Shown: piece after piece, positions 27,131 to 41,713 of the stretch
Layout of the letters: each line of letters begins with the position of its first letter
How positions within the stretch are numbered: position 1 is the first letter of the stretch
NCBI RefSeq assembly: GCF_009914755.1
Contig: NC_060926.1
Origin: the human T2T-CHM13v2.0 reference genome, Homo sapiens
Length of the DNA stretch: 64,000 bases
Direction: 5' to 3' (one strand)
Made by a program: the position numbers and the translations under genes
The notes under the pieces: generated by a model
Databases searched by the model: none
What the model was told of the DNA's origin: nothing
Seen by the model: the letters and a program-made list of their open reading frames with translations, nothing else

Positions 27131-29405
27131 GTAGTGAGTTTACCTCCCTATTTCCCATTTTATTTTCAGAAAATATTTTGCTATTCCCTGAAATGACACA
27201 ATTCCTGTCTATATCTTCCCTGAATGTGAGGGCCCAGGTGTTTTTTTGTTTGTTTGTTTGTTTGTTTGTTTGAGGAGAACTGCAAAAGCAAATATAACCA
27301 CTGAGGACCCCAATGTCTCTTAGAAAGATAATATTTTATTCTCTCCCACAGACATAAACAAAACATGTTTATTTGGAGCCAATGACATTTTAGGGTCATT
27401 AAGGTCTAAAGATGAAGGGGCTTTAGAGAAATTAATGTTCATTTTTTGTTTTCCAACTCCATTTTCAGAAAAAGAAGCCAATGCTAAGACATTGTTACTT
27501 GCCTAAATTGTTGTGCTTTCTTACCAATTGGAGGAAGGTGTCTGACTTCCCACCGAGGCCTGTAATCTTTGTGCCCCCTTTAAACTAATCATTTGGTAAG
27601 ACTCTCTGCTGTGAAGAACACAACCTTGGAAATACTGCTCTTGTCTAAATGCATTATCTTACAGAGAAGGAGCCTCAGGTCCACATGGCCCTCTGCTGAG
27701 TCTGAGGAGGGAGAGCAGGAGTCACTTTTTCTCTAGGCTCCAAGCAGCTCCCCCATGACACATCATGGACAGCTGTTTCTTGAGATACAGTTGTGTCAGG
27801 ACTCTCTTTCCATAGCTGCTTTCTTTGGCACCAAGGCTAACTTTGACAAATCTCTCTATGCCCCAATTTTCTCTGATGGAGAAGACCAGAGGCAAAGCTG
27901 TCATATTCAGTCTCTACCCACCTCCTCACACCCTCTTCCTTGGGAACATCTATTTCTCTCTTCAGATAACAGCAACTATGGTGTGCTTAGTGCTTTTCCC
28001 AGCATCGTCAACACACTGCTTCCCTTTGGCTTCCTTCACCCAAGTAGGTAAGTCCATTTTCTGATCTGATTAAGTTAATAGAAAAATGGTCTCCTTCTCC
28101 TCCTCCTCCTCTTCCTCTTCCTTCTTCTTATTCTTCTTCCTTTTGGTTGAGTTGTATGAGATCTGACAAGGAAGAATAAAGGCCAAGAAAAGGAAGAAAT
28201 GATGATAGTATCCTTGGCTGTAGCTATTGTTCAGGAGCTGAAGCTTCTTCTGGTTTTCCTCAGCAAGAGTAAGTGCACCTTTAAACAGGTGGAGACTGTG
28301 TTAAGACAGCTCATCACTCCTTTTTACTCAGCAGTTTATAGATTCAGCTCTCTAGTACCAATGGAAAAATTGATTAAAGCCTTCCCTTGAGGACACATCA
28401 CCTCCAGGCATTATTATTTCAGAAGTCAGAGCTTCTTCACTTTGACAAACATCGTGAATACCTGAAAGGAAGGGGAATAAATGGGCCTTGTTGCCCAAGG
28501 AATAGAAGGAGTGAAATGACATAGTATCCTAGATATGAAGACACTATTGCTCACTATTGGCTTTGAAAATTAAAATGTGTCCCACCTAGTACTATTTGTG
28601 AGCACTAAGATAAGTAGGAAAATACCTGGCCACAGCTTTTGGTGTAGGAGAATGGTTAAGAAGAAAGATGCAAATATGTGGTGTTTCAATTCCTCCCACA
28701 AACACCTCTTCTCCTCTCTGCCTCCAGACTTCTCTAGAACAAAGGTCTCATTTTTTAACCTATCTAGGTGGTATCACTGGCAGTGACAACATATTGATTA
28801 TCAAAATATAAAAATTTAGAACATATTGAGATGGACCCCACTCTTTGGGGTGTCATATGGGAAGAAAGCCCATATTTCCAGGGCAGAAGCTTGCTCAACT
28901 TATGAGAAATAAAATCAGCTTGTGATTCTCCCTGTCTGCTTGGTCTGCAGGCTTCTATTTCCATCATCTCCACCATTGTAGGACTGGTTTTGTCCTCACA
29001 CACACATTGCATTTTGCCCATTACATCTGTCTTACTGTGGATGTCTGTTTGAATTTGATTCTATACAAGTTGGAAATTGGGTGGACCGGAATAGTGCATT
29101 TTCAGTACCCTCTTGAATGAATTCCATGGTCAGCATGGGGGATGGCAGCATTGACCCAAGAGGTATGGAGGAGGAAGTGGAAACTTAAGGAAGACATTAG
29201 TGAGGCAGTCAGAGAGCATGTCAAGGTGATTTGATCAAGTAAAGAGGGAGCAGTGCCTCATGTTGTGGCTTATGGTGTAATTGTAAGCAGGACACATGTG
29301 CCTCTGAAGGGGCAGCAGAGAACAGTGAGGCTGGCAAGATCAACTTCAGTCAATTTGGCTTATCTGAAACTGAAGAGTTGCCTTTCCCTCATTTGCTTTT
29401 TAAAA

Positions 29406-29714
<309 letters not shown>

Positions 29715-29736
29715 CTCGTTTGCTTTAAAATGTCAA

Positions 29737-29960
29737 CATTTCTCCTCCTCCTCCCACTCTTCTCCCAACTTTGGAAAGGTGTTAAGGAGATATCATATGT
29801 GGACTCTTCTGCTGACATGTTTCTGAAAGACCTTGTCAACTGGTACTAATTGTTGTGACTGCAAACTTCCATTCCATCCTGGATGCTCTTAACATCCTGG
29901 GCCTATCTCACATTCTCATGTAGTTTTATTGGCATTCACAAGACCTCAACCTCCAGAACC
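29737..29960 (+). repeat. 224-bp direct duplication, copy 1
   Basis: Ungapped match to 32602-32825, about 12 mismatches by hand count. Confidence 0.97.
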
Positions 29961-31238
<1,278 letters not shown>

Positions 31239-31240
31239 TC

Positions 31241-31258
31241 TGGTACTCCAATGTGCCT
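31241..31258 (+). promoter_or_regulatory. Degenerate tRNA-Lys primer binding site
   Basis: tc-TGGTACTCCAATGTG immediately after the LTR CA end resembles the HERV-K PBS TGGCGCCCAACGTGG. Confidence 0.7.
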
Positions 31259-31351
31259 TTCTCCCTCGCTGTGTGAAGTTGCGCTTTGAGCCGGGGACTC
31301 AGCGGAGGAATTTCGACGACAGATTCCTGAGGATTGCGGTCATTAAGCTTG

Positions 31352-31360
31352 GTGGTAAGT
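31352..31360 (+). promoter_or_regulatory. Retroviral major splice donor candidate
   Basis: GTG|GTAAGT in the leader, 35 nt upstream of the gag ATG. Confidence 0.65.
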
Positions 31361-31389
31361 TTGGGCACTCAGAGTATCTAGGGGACACC

Positions 31390-32601
31390 ATGGGACAAGC
31401 CAGTACTAAGTACTTGGCCTATTTAAATTTCATAAAAACCCTTCTTAAAGAAGGAGGAATTTCAGTTTCCTCTGACAAACTGATTGAACTCTTTGAGGTC
31501 GTTGATCTCATTTGCCCTTGGTTTCCAACTGAGGGAACTTCAGAACTTAAAGACTGGGATGAGGGGCCGACAGTTTAAAACTGCTCATAGAGGGGGACAT
31601 GTTATCCCGCCTGCCATTTGGACAGTTTGGTCCTCGGTTCGCTCCATTTTAGAATCCTTGCAGCCACAGGAGGAGGGAATGGAGGGTACTCTACCTTTCC
31701 TCTCCTCTGAAGAGGTTGAGGAAGTCCTCAGTACTCTCTCTCCAGAGGACGCCGCACAACTTGAGGCCGTCATTTTAGAAATGGACCCCTACTCTGATAT
31801 TCCTTTGGCACCACCAAATACACCACAGCCTACCGCGCCTACTGCGCCCCCAATATCGCCTTATGAGGATTTTGTGGAGGATCTCCTTCCCCCAGATCCA
31901 AAAAAATCCCTCTAAAATGCACTATCAGCAGCCGTTGCGGCCCAAACCTCCTGTACTATCTCAGCCTTGCTATAGGGCTCTCCACCATCCGCCTGTTCAG
32001 CCCGGTTATGAGGCTCTCAACCCTATCCCTGTTCGGCTCGATAATGAGGCCCTCAACGCTATCTCTGCACTCAATTCTGCCTTTCTTTCTATGCATCAGG
32101 CTCCTCAGAAGTCTGACTTGCAGTCAGTGCACCAGCCTGGAACTCAGGCCCTGCAGTCAATGCACCAGCCTGGAACTCAGGCCCTGCAGTCAATGCAGCA
32201 GCCTGGAGTTCAGGCCTCTGAAAGACCTGCACAGCAGGCAACCGCGCGTCAGCCTGGCTTAAAGGCTCTCAACTTCTCCTCTATTCAAAACTCCAATTTC
32301 CTTTCTGCTTCTGGTCCGGTCACAACTGCTGTTACTACCCATAAGCAACAGGTTACATACCTTCCTGATAATGACACCCCTCTTATGAGGGCCATTTCTC
32401 AGGCAAGGGAATATGGGGATCCCGAGGCATGGCAGTTTCCTGTTATTTTACAATCTGCTATACCTGCTGCCTCTATTCCTGCCGCCCCTGCTCCAGCTGG
32501 CTGCACCAGTTCAGCCACAGCCCTTTGACCAAGCTCAGCAGGCAGCTGATCCCGCTGCCGCTGCTCCTCCAGACCCGCAGCTTAATGATCAGGCCCCTCA
32601 G
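31390..32601 (+). pseudogene. gag: HERV-K gag pseudogene (MA and proline-rich region), frameshifted and truncated before capsid
   Basis: MGQASTKYLAYLNFIKTLLKEGGISVS...CPWFPTEGT..LKDW (HERV-K MA). Later frames give IPPAIWTVW, a PTAP late domain and GDPEAWQFPV. Confidence 0.93.
32121..32219 (+). repeat. 33-bp tandem repeat x3 within gag
   Basis: cagtca(g/a)tgcaccagcctggaactcaggccctg units encoding QS(V/M)HQPGTQAL. Confidence 0.92.
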
Positions 32602-32825
32602 CATTTCTCCTCCTCCTCTCACTCTTCTCCCAACTTTAGAAAGGTGTAAAAGAGATACCATATGTGGCCTCTTCTGCTGACATGTTTCTAAAAGACCTTG
32701 TCAACTGGTACTAATTGTTGTGACTGCAAACTTCCATTCTGTCCTGGATGTTCTTAACATCCTGGGCCTATCTCACATTCCCATGTAGTTTTATTGGCAT
32801 TCACAAGACCTCAACTTCCAGAACC
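32602..32825 (+). repeat. 224-bp direct duplication, copy 2
   Basis: catttctcctcc...ccagaacc, matches 29737-29960. Confidence 0.97.
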
Positions 32826-34149
32826 TCCTACTTCACCATCACAGCAGCCTTTCTGTCAATTCTTCCGCACATAGCCCACAATGGTAGAGCTCTGTGTGAC
32901 TTTAGCTAAAGGCACCTAATTCTCAGAACTCATTTTTCCCCCTGTCCAAGGGCCCAGGCACCAGCTGTATTCCTTTATTTGCATTAGAGGCTGTTGAGCA
33001 TATTCATTGTGAGTGAGCTGTGTTTAGAAACTCAGAGTGCATTATCCGTCAAGCTATCTCTGTTGATATGCATGTTGTTGACCTGTACCTCACAAGGGCA
33101 CCAATCAATGTTACAATGTTCTATCTCCAGCAAAACCTGGGTGATCTGATGGACTCTCTGGGTAATATTAAAACCTGAGGAGAGAAGTGAAAAGGGAGGC
33201 TTTATGAAAGCGACTTCCGAACACTATCCAATTATTAGTATGATTTTTTATAATACCAACGGTTTCAAATTTTATTGAGAGAGAGAGTTTTTCCCTAGCC
33301 CTCTTGGGAATGATTTTATTGAAAGCATCAGAACGAAGAAGATGGCTGCATCATTTCTGTAGTGCCAGGGGTCAGAATCTTTGACTGGTTTGGTGTAATG
33401 TGCACATATAAAATTTCACTCAGTCCTTATTCATTGCCTTTTATTTAATATATAATCTGGCTAGATCCACTTTTGTTTCTTTACATTTACTGCTTGCCTG
33501 CATTAGGTTATTCTTTTGGCTGCTTTAATATGTATATATTAAATCATATATATATGTATATATATATTTTCTGATCAAGATTCTTACATGAAGGAAACGT
33601 TTTGCTTTTGCTCTTTTTACAGAGTAATTACAGTAGCATAGATGGGAATGAGAAACTATCCATAGGACAGCTCTTTATGTTTGATAGCCATTTAGTTTAG
33701 AATGCTGTTGTTCTTACAGAAGTAAGTGTCTGTGCTTTTCCTTCCCTCCCTTCCCTTTCTCTGTATTCCATACCTACCCCCCATCCCATTAAATATTATT
33801 CACACTCCATAGCCCACCAAGAGCACTTTAAAGTATAATAGATTTTTTGAGTTGCATTATTTAAAATGCACAAAACAAAATGCAAGAGCTACATTTGTAA
33901 GGAGAGCTTGCTGACTCAGAAGAGTGTCCTCTTCTTTAGCCTCTAATCAATGGAGAAGAGCCCTAAGCAGAAAAATAAGAACAATGAGTGTTATCAGTTT
34001 TATTTGTGAAAGCCCAGTGACTCCCAAAATATGAAACTCCCTAGTAAAGTTAGATTAGGGGATGGCATTGGGATCTGGGCCAAAGTGGTTGCCTCTTATA
34101 CATTCCCATTGTATTGACAATAACTGTCTCTTGGTGAAGGACCGAACTA

Positions 34150-34590
34150 TATAGGCTAGCAATTTGTTGAGTATCATATGATAGGAACATTCAAAATAAC
34201 ACTGCCTAAACAAAATAGAAATTTATTTATCTCCCACATAAGAGAGGACTGGAGGGAGGCAATCTAAGGTTGCTGTTGTGGCTCCATTAAGTCATCAATG
34301 ACTTATGTTCCCTCTAGGAAATATGTAGCTTTGCATTACCTATGTTATGGGTGTCTACTTGTCATCTAATTAATTGTACTCCCCATGCCCCCTAAAGGTA
34401 GCTTTCAGAATTTCCATGTGATGCTGTCATGTCTCTTTGGCCAGAATGTTGTCACATGGCTATCCTGAGCCACAAAGGATCATAGGCAGCATTGTCTTTT
34501 AGGTAGGTAATATTGGGCCTACTAAGCATGGGGATTCTTATTTCTAAAGAAGGGTACAGAGAAAATTGAGGTGACCTAGCCATTTCTGAA
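34150..34590 (-). mobile_element. Old MLT1 (J/I-like) LTR
   Basis: aaataacactgcctaaacaaaatagaaatttattt...ttggccagaatgttgtcacatggc. Confidence 0.6.
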
Positions 34591-34694
34591 AAACTTGATG
34601 GTGAAAGGATTATTTAAGGTGAATCATGCCTCTTTCCTGCTGATTCCCCATCACCTATAAAATAAAGGCCAGTCTTATAATCATGACATGTAAG

Positions 34695-34830
34695 TCGAGT
34701 GACCATATAATTTATCATCTAAACTAGGATATCTTTGAAAATAAAAAGGAGAACTATTAATAATACACCATGACAGCAGGACTATACCAACTCTCTTAGG
34801 TAAACAAGGATGTATGAACTAAGCACTAAT
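34695..34830 (+). mobile_element. MER94-like hAT element
   Basis: gtgaccatataatttatcatctaaactaggat...ctattaataatacacc. Confidence 0.6.
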
Positions 34831-35094
34831 CACCTTTTAGACCTCATCACCCTCGACTTCTCCACCTGCACTTTATTTTCTATCTATAAAAATAGTCTGA
34901 TTTTCCCCAAACATAGCATGAGTCTTCACATGCCATGGAATTCCCATGTCTACCTTGTACCTAGTAAATCCTTATTTGTTCTTTCCACCCCTACCCAATC
35001 TTAGATATTTCCCTGCAAAGTCTCTCCTAATCAGGCTTCCTCAATTCATTGTGTTCTTTGAAAATTATTAAGATTTGCTTACATGTTTACTTCA

Positions 35095-35445
35095 TATCAG
35101 GACAGGATATGTTATGCTGTGGCAAAAAAAAACTCATACAATTTTTATTGCTGTTGCTCATGCTTCACAATCAATTTCAATTGGCAAGGAGGCTCTGTTC
35201 ATTGCAGTTCATTGTAGGCTGATGGGAGCTACAGCATAGCAAATAATTGCACAGCAGAAACATAAGAAAATAGGATATGGTAACTCACATAAAGGCTTTT
35301 AAACATTTCCATGTAGAGAAGACACGCATCAGTTCTGCTCATACTTTACAGACCAAGGTAGGTCACATGGTCACTTCTGACTTCAAAGCAGTCATGAAAT
35401 ATGATCCGACCATCTGCTTGGAAATGGAGAGAATAGCACTAACTT
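35095..35445 (-). mobile_element. Old MLT1 (K-like) LTR
   Basis: ggatatgttatgctgtgg...ggctctgttcattgcag...ggtcacatggtcacttctgacttcaa. Confidence 0.55.
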
Positions 35446-35452
35446 ATTAGAT

Positions 35453-35674
35453 CAGGAGCTGGCAAACAGTTTCTGTAAAGGGACTGAGAGTAAATATTTT
35501 ATGCTTTGTAGGCCATGGAATTTCTGTTGCAACTATTCACTTCTGCCATTTTAGCATGAAACCTCCTTTAGAAAATACATAAATAAGCAAGCATGGCTGT
35601 GTTCATAGAACTTTATTTACAAAAACAGGTGGTGGACAGGATTTGGCCCAAAGGCCATAGTTTGCTGACCCCTG
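35453..35674 (-). mobile_element. MER58A (hAT-Charlie)
   Basis: Terminal inverted repeats cagg..ggcaaac / gtttgctgacccctg, internal tctgtaaaggg...gtaaatatttt. Confidence 0.88.
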
Positions 35675-35725
35675 TATTCTGCTGAGAACTTCATTTCTAT
35701 TACTTGATAAAGGTGTCTACAATAT

Positions 35726-36027
35726 GCTGAGTGCAGTGGCTTGCAACTATAACCCCAGAACTTTGGGAGGCTGGGGCGGGGGGCGGGCGGATCATTTGGG
35801 CTCAGGAATTCAAGATCAGCCTGGGCAACATGGAGAAACCCCATCTCTACAAAAAAAATTTGAAAATTAGTGGGGCATGATGGCTCGCAACTGTAGTGAC
35901 AGCTACTTGGGAGGCTGAGTCAGGAGGATGGTTTGAGCCTGGGAGGCGGAGGTTGAAGAGAGCTGCACTCCATCCTGGGCAATGAGGGAGACCCTGTATC
36001 AAAATAATAACATGGATAATAAAATAA
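35726..36027 (+). mobile_element. AluJ
   Basis: Diverged Alu with a perfect 17-bp TSD aaaggtgtctacaatat (35709-35725 / 36028-36044). Confidence 0.92.
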
Positions 36028-36163
36028 AAAGGTGTCTACAATATATCAGGTTCTTAAAAACATCTTATTGATTTGTCTGAAATACTTAAATATGTCTGAA
36101 GCAAATGAAATGCTTCATTTTTCCATCTGTGAAACTAAGTAAATGTTATATTATTTTACCCAT

Positions 36164-36523
36164 TGTCTTAGCCCATTCAGTCTGCTATAACAAATTGCCG
36201 TAGACTAGGTAGCTTATAAGTAATTACTTATTTCCTATAATTCTGAATGCTGAGAAGTAGAAGATCAAGGTGCCAGCAGATGTGTCTGGTGAAGGCTGGC
36301 TTCCTGGTTTTCAGAAAGCAGTCTTCTCACAGTGTCCTTACATGGCAGAAGGAATGAGGGATCTCCCTGGGGTCTCTTTCATAAGGGCACTAACTCCACT
36401 TATGAGGTCTCCTTTCTTATGGCCTAATCACCTCCTAAAGGTCCCATCTCCTGATAGCATCACATTGAGGATTAGGTTTCAACATGTGAACTTTGGGAGA
36501 ACACAAATGTTCAGCCTATAGCA
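36164..36523 (-). mobile_element. MLT1A-like MaLR solo LTR
   Basis: tgtcttagcccattcag.ctgctataacaaa...aagatcaaggtgccagcagat...ctatagca. Confidence 0.85.
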
Positions 36524-36971
36524 TCCACTCCTATAAAGTTTTTATAGGGCAAAATATAATAGGATGAGCTAGGAGCGGTAGTTAATACTTGTATATAAAG
36601 TTTTGAGAGGTGTAAAATCTAAAAGAGTCTGGCCAAGAGATGGGTGGCTACCTGTGGCAAGATATGCACAGGAATTGACTGAATTCAAAGTAAGTAGCCA
36701 AGCATCTGTGTCCAAAGGACTAGTCTAACCAGAAATAATTGGGGCGGGGGACTGGAGGAAGTGAACTCCAAAGAAAGAGATTGAGTTCAGCATCCTGTTT
36801 CTCCACACAGGCATATAAACCAACATTCCAGGGCCTAGAAGATAAATTATCATTTATCAAGAATGAAAGTTGGCCAAGTTCTGCACTGGTATTTAATATC
36901 CTGCCAAGAACAAGCAGACAAGGGTTGGTGGGTAAGCATTAAGTGCCAGAGAGAGAGAGAGGAGCGTGGAA

Positions 36972-36972
<1 letters not shown>

Positions 36973-37028
<56 letters not shown>

Positions 37029-37036
37029 GGAGAGAG
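36973..37036. repeat. (CA)n(GA)n microsatellite
   Basis: Seen directly. Confidence 0.98.
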
Positions 37037-38610
37037 CAGGTATCTGGGAAGTCCCTCAGAAGGGAGTCAAGAGACAAATTTTATCTACCAGGAGATGTGC
37101 TACCAACATCTGAGGAATGGCCAGTCTTTATCAATAAAGATAGATTCTTCCTTCCAAGTCATCTTTTCATGCAGACATGCCCCATCTTTCCTCACCCGAG
37201 TCATCAGAGGTGTGATTGCCATCTTCCGAAGTACAGTCTAAGTAAATGACAGTCTAGTGCTTCTTTGCACACAGAGTTGGGGAGGCTATTGCCTCCTAGA
37301 GCGTCCTCTTGTTTGACTAGAACCTCCGGGTAGGTAAGTATATGGCCTGTTTAAATGCTAATGACCACAAAGGAGGACAGGGAGGCCTTTGGTAGGAAAA
37401 CATTTAGCTAAGCAGAGCAATTTTAATTAAAGCTCGTTGAGGTGTGCATTACTCTCAGGGCAAGGCGACTAGTAATAACAATGGCAGTAATATACAGAAC
37501 AGGCTATAATATGTGAGTTAGTGGCCGCCACATGGTTTTTAGTGGCTCCTCATCACAGAATCCAAAAGGCTGCTCAGGGCCAAGTACAGAAAACATTTGG
37601 CCCAAGGGGTGTGGAAAATGTTCCAATGATGCATATGTTCTTCAGTAAACAGAGCAGCCACTGGTACCACAGGACAGCCAGTGCTGAGGAGGAGAGGGTG
37701 AGAGGGGACTCTGCAGGAGGAAAGAACAGGGCTCAGCAGCAAGAGCTGAGAAAAAGGATGAGGGAAGCTAAGACCTTGAAAGAAAGCAGCGCTGGGCTCT
37801 GCTCCAAGCCTAAATTTATGAAAACATTGGGCCAAAACAAGATAATATGGCAGCGTCCTTTCACACAGGGGCCCTTGCTGTTGGGCACTATTATTCCAAT
37901 TCTGACACTTGAATGAAATGTGGTATAATTGGGTTTCCGAGCCTCCGCTTCAGGCGACATCAATTGCCGTTTTTAAAAATGATGATGGCGTGGAAGGAGA
38001 CTCCTTTTTCCCTTTAATGTTTGGAAGTTGCCACACTCTCTGTGCCACTTGTATACTCCTTGGAAGAGCCATGGGACTCCTGGGAGGATCTGAAGTACTA
38101 GTGGCCGAGCCCATGAAGAAATATGGCAGGTTGATGGCAGAGAAGCTAAATGTGGCAGAGGATGCAGGATTAAAGTTGGTCCCATGACACATCTTTCTAG
38201 GTCTCTCTCTTTTCTTGCTGTTTTTCTTTCCCATCAAAGAGTGTTTTTTTTTTCTCCCTCGTCCTTTGGCTTTCCTTCACTGTTTTGCATACAATGACTA
38301 GGATTTTTTCCAGCTGTTGCAATTTTTTCTTTTGGACTGAACAATGTGACATCTATATTATTGAGTCAGAGAAAAAATATTGTCATGAAAAAAAGCATAT
38401 TCCATGCAAAATGGCTAACTCCTCCCTTAGTGTGGCACCCTGGATACATGTGTCCTTGTGTATGCTGTTTGCCTCAGTGGTGTTTTTGGGTTGGGTTTTG
38501 GAGGCAAGTAGTGGGAGGAGAGAAAGTTGAGGAATTTTTAAGCATCCTTGTATTCTTTATTGATATCCATAAAAATAGAGGCAAAGTTTTCTTTCCATTT
38601 CAGGTTTTCC

Positions 38611-38613
<3 letters not shown>

Positions 38614-38663
<50 letters not shown>
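38614..38663. repeat. (TG)n microsatellite
   Basis: About 25 pure units. Confidence 0.98.
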
Positions 38664-38666
<3 letters not shown>

Positions 38667-39924
38667 ATGTTCTTTAAAGCAGAAAGAGCCAATCCGATTT
38701 GTAGAATTTCCTCCAAGCAGTGGAAGAAGTTGGAAAAGCAAGGAGCAGCGTGATACTCAGAAGAGATTCCCTGTCTTCTAAAATACTTTCCTCCCCTACC
38801 AGAGAGCACTCCCTCCCCCTAATTAGTCTTAATCGAAGTAAATAAATATAATTTGCAATGCAATCTGGAGTCTCTACTCTGAAAGTCCCTATGCCAAGTG
38901 AAAACTGTCAAATACAGTTTAAAACAATGTTTTCCAAAAATAGGCCTTACATAATTCATGTTTCTTATACCAAGTTGAGAATTCAGAGACTCCTCCCATA
39001 TCACATGATGTCATCGTGTGAAACCAAAACAAATATGAAGCTACTATGCTGTGACATTGTTTATAAAACTGTAATACTTATCTTCAAACACAGTCAAGAA
39101 GGTAATATGGGGTCAGCAGTGAATCTGAAAACATTAAATGCTATTCTTCCCAATTCCATGTGTACCTTATATTAAATATGAGAAAAATTTAGTATGTTTC
39201 TACTGTGATCATTGTGGCTAGAAAGAGAGTAGTTCAGTGGCCTCAGTTTTATTTCAATTAAAAGGCTGGCTTGACCAATGTGGTGGTGTTGGGGGAGCCA
39301 CTTTTTCTCTGCCTCACGTCTCACCTATAGGATGGGTTAATAAATTCTCTTTATAACTCATAGATGTCCTGAAGACAAATTCGTAACAGAATCCATCATC
39401 ATCATTTATTATTCAACATATAGATGTATACCAGACACTTACCAAAGGGCTACATAATTATCCACCTGGACATTTCCTTTAAAAGAATGTCCTCATCCTA
39501 ACTTTTCCGACAGCACATTTGATTGCCTTTGTTCTCTTAGCTGTGAAAGGCAAGAACACCAGACTGTCCCCACCACATATATCCCTTAGGGAATGGGACG
39601 CAGGTAGAGACTCTCTTCTGCCTCTGCTTTGATAACAGTCTGGGATGCAATCAATGTTCGGCTGAGGGTAGAACCAGACCGTGTCATTTCTGATGATGGG
39701 TTTCCCTCTTTATAACTGTGGGAGAAACATACCCCAGGCTGTTCTGGGGACTGCTGTGAATTCCTTTAGCCTTCGGTGAGGCCAACCCGCAGAGCTGAAA
39801 GGGACTGTGAGAATGTTATTGCAACTTCTTAATTCAAAACATCACTGAAAAGAGACTTCCTGGGATGGGGCTGGAGGAAATGGGGCTGCTCAGCTGGGAT
39901 GAATTACTGAGACCGTTGGGTTAG

Positions 39925-39943
39925 TTTTGCCCCCTAGTGGTTA
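39925..39943 (-). promoter_or_regulatory. Candidate CTCF site
   Basis: The - strand reads taaCCACTAGGGGGCAaaa, matching the CTCF core CCAC(C/T)AG(A/G)(G/T)GGC(A/G). Confidence 0.6.
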
Positions 39944-41680
39944 GAGGCTTAGGGACCCCAGGAGCTAAATGGCTCCCAGCATTGAATAAAGGAAGCAGCT
40001 GGGGGAGCAGGGGGATACCACATGGGATAACCTGAGCCTTTAACTAATGGTGTGACCTCAGCTCTCAAGATCCCAGTCCCCACACCTGCAAATTGAAAAT
40101 GATGGACTAGATCATGAAGAATTCAATTCTTCTGTCTTTATTGATAGATGACTCTAGAAACATAACCTGCGATTCTGCAATTCCCTCACATATTTCCTGA
40201 GGGCAACAGAGATAGAGTTTTAAGGTCCTGATGGTTGATCAAGGGGCCGTAACATCTAAGTGGGGGCTAAGAGAGCTTACTCCTCAAGTGTCTTTAAGAT
40301 AAAGACTGTCCAAGAGGATGAATCCATGGTGGCCTTTGGAACAAAAGTTTCTCTCCTGCACGGATGCCCTTTGCACCCTTTACAAATTTCTTGAAAGTGA
40401 GCAAGAAGAAGAAACAGCACAGGGTACCACTTTCACATACACTGCAAGACTTTCTTCCATTCAATCCATTGTTTCTCATATCTCAATAACATAGAGATCA
40501 TAAATTTAAAAAAAAAAAGTTTCACTCTACCCCAGAAAGGATTAAGACCATCCTCAACTCCTACAACACAGGGGCAATAGGATCCTCCCCTTTAAACTTA
40601 CAGAGTGAGAAATAAAACAGTTGTTTGAATTTCTGGGCATTGACCCTATATTGCTCTGTGTAAGAATGAGATTCCCTCAAATGTGATGTTATATGGCTTA
40701 TTTGTCTCTCCTTTGTGAAACTTACTGCATCTCAGAACATTGCACAATACATGAACATGCCATTGCTTCTTTTCTTCCTGTGCCATCTTTTTAGATTTTC
40801 TGTTGCATTCTCCTATATTAGGCAGATAAATCTCCATAGCATCTGTACAATTTAAAGGTTTTGACCAAATCAAGCCGCAGACATGCATTTTTCTGTTAGT
40901 GTTTCCTAACTCAGTGGCTTGTTACCATTTCTCCTTATATTTCAGCCTAAAAAGAAATGGATGGCATCTTCCTTTCTGGGGCTGTGTCATGTTTGAATGT
41001 AGCTAAGGGTACCATTTCATCAAGTCAATTAGGTTGAGAGGATGAAATGAATTTGGGATACATTATGCAAAGAAAGATGATAGTTAATTTTTCAGGGCAG
41101 GCAAGTGATTCTGGGTCACCAAGGATTGTTAAAACAAACAAACAAACAAAGGAATTCCAGGTAACTAGAAAAAAAGAAAAAGGATGGCTCTGTTCAGTTA
41201 AAAGTGGCAGAAAAAAGAAATCCATAAATTCATTTACTCAAACCTGTTTCTGGCTAGAGTGAAAATGGAGACAATGAAATCATTTTCAGCAAATTATTAG
41301 TGCAATATATTTTTTTTCCTTTCAAGAAAAGGAAACTAAAGAATGGTTGTGGCCTTTTGTTGTAGATAGCTTTTCAGAAGAGTGTAACGTAAACAGATTA
41401 TCTGCAGTGTTTATTCAGTGTGAAAAAACAGTTCCAAGAGCCCCAGGTGCTTGCCAAGATCATAATTGTACCTTCTTAAATACTTTCATTACTTGGAAGT
41501 ACAATAAGCGAAGCAGGGACACATGCTTTCCATTTTCTTGTCAACAAAACACCTCCAAGAAATTAAGCTCTATTTTCTCTAGAAAATTTCTCTAGAACTG
41601 TTCAGGGCATATGAAAAAGGAAGGGAGGTGGGGCTTTGGTTTAATTTCTTTATGACCTTGAAAAGAAGCGTGTAACTCCT

Positions 41681-41713
41681 CCCCCCACCCCACCCCACCC
41701 CACCCCACCCCAC
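41681..41713 (-). repeat. (CCCCA)n, a G-quadruplex-capable repeat on the - strand
   Basis: Six C-runs of 4 or more separated by single A. Confidence 0.9.

Noticed and set aside
32121-32219. CRISPR-like periodic repeats
   Set aside because: Head-to-tail tandem units without unique spacers, inside a primate retroviral gag.
31273-32680. Intact Gag or a domesticated retroviral gene
   Set aside because: At least two frameshifts or stops, and truncated before capsid and nucleocapsid.
37521-38237. Overlapping 70-131 aa ORFs in unique sequence
   Set aside because: No recognisable homology, several use non-ATG starts, and lengths are within chance expectation.
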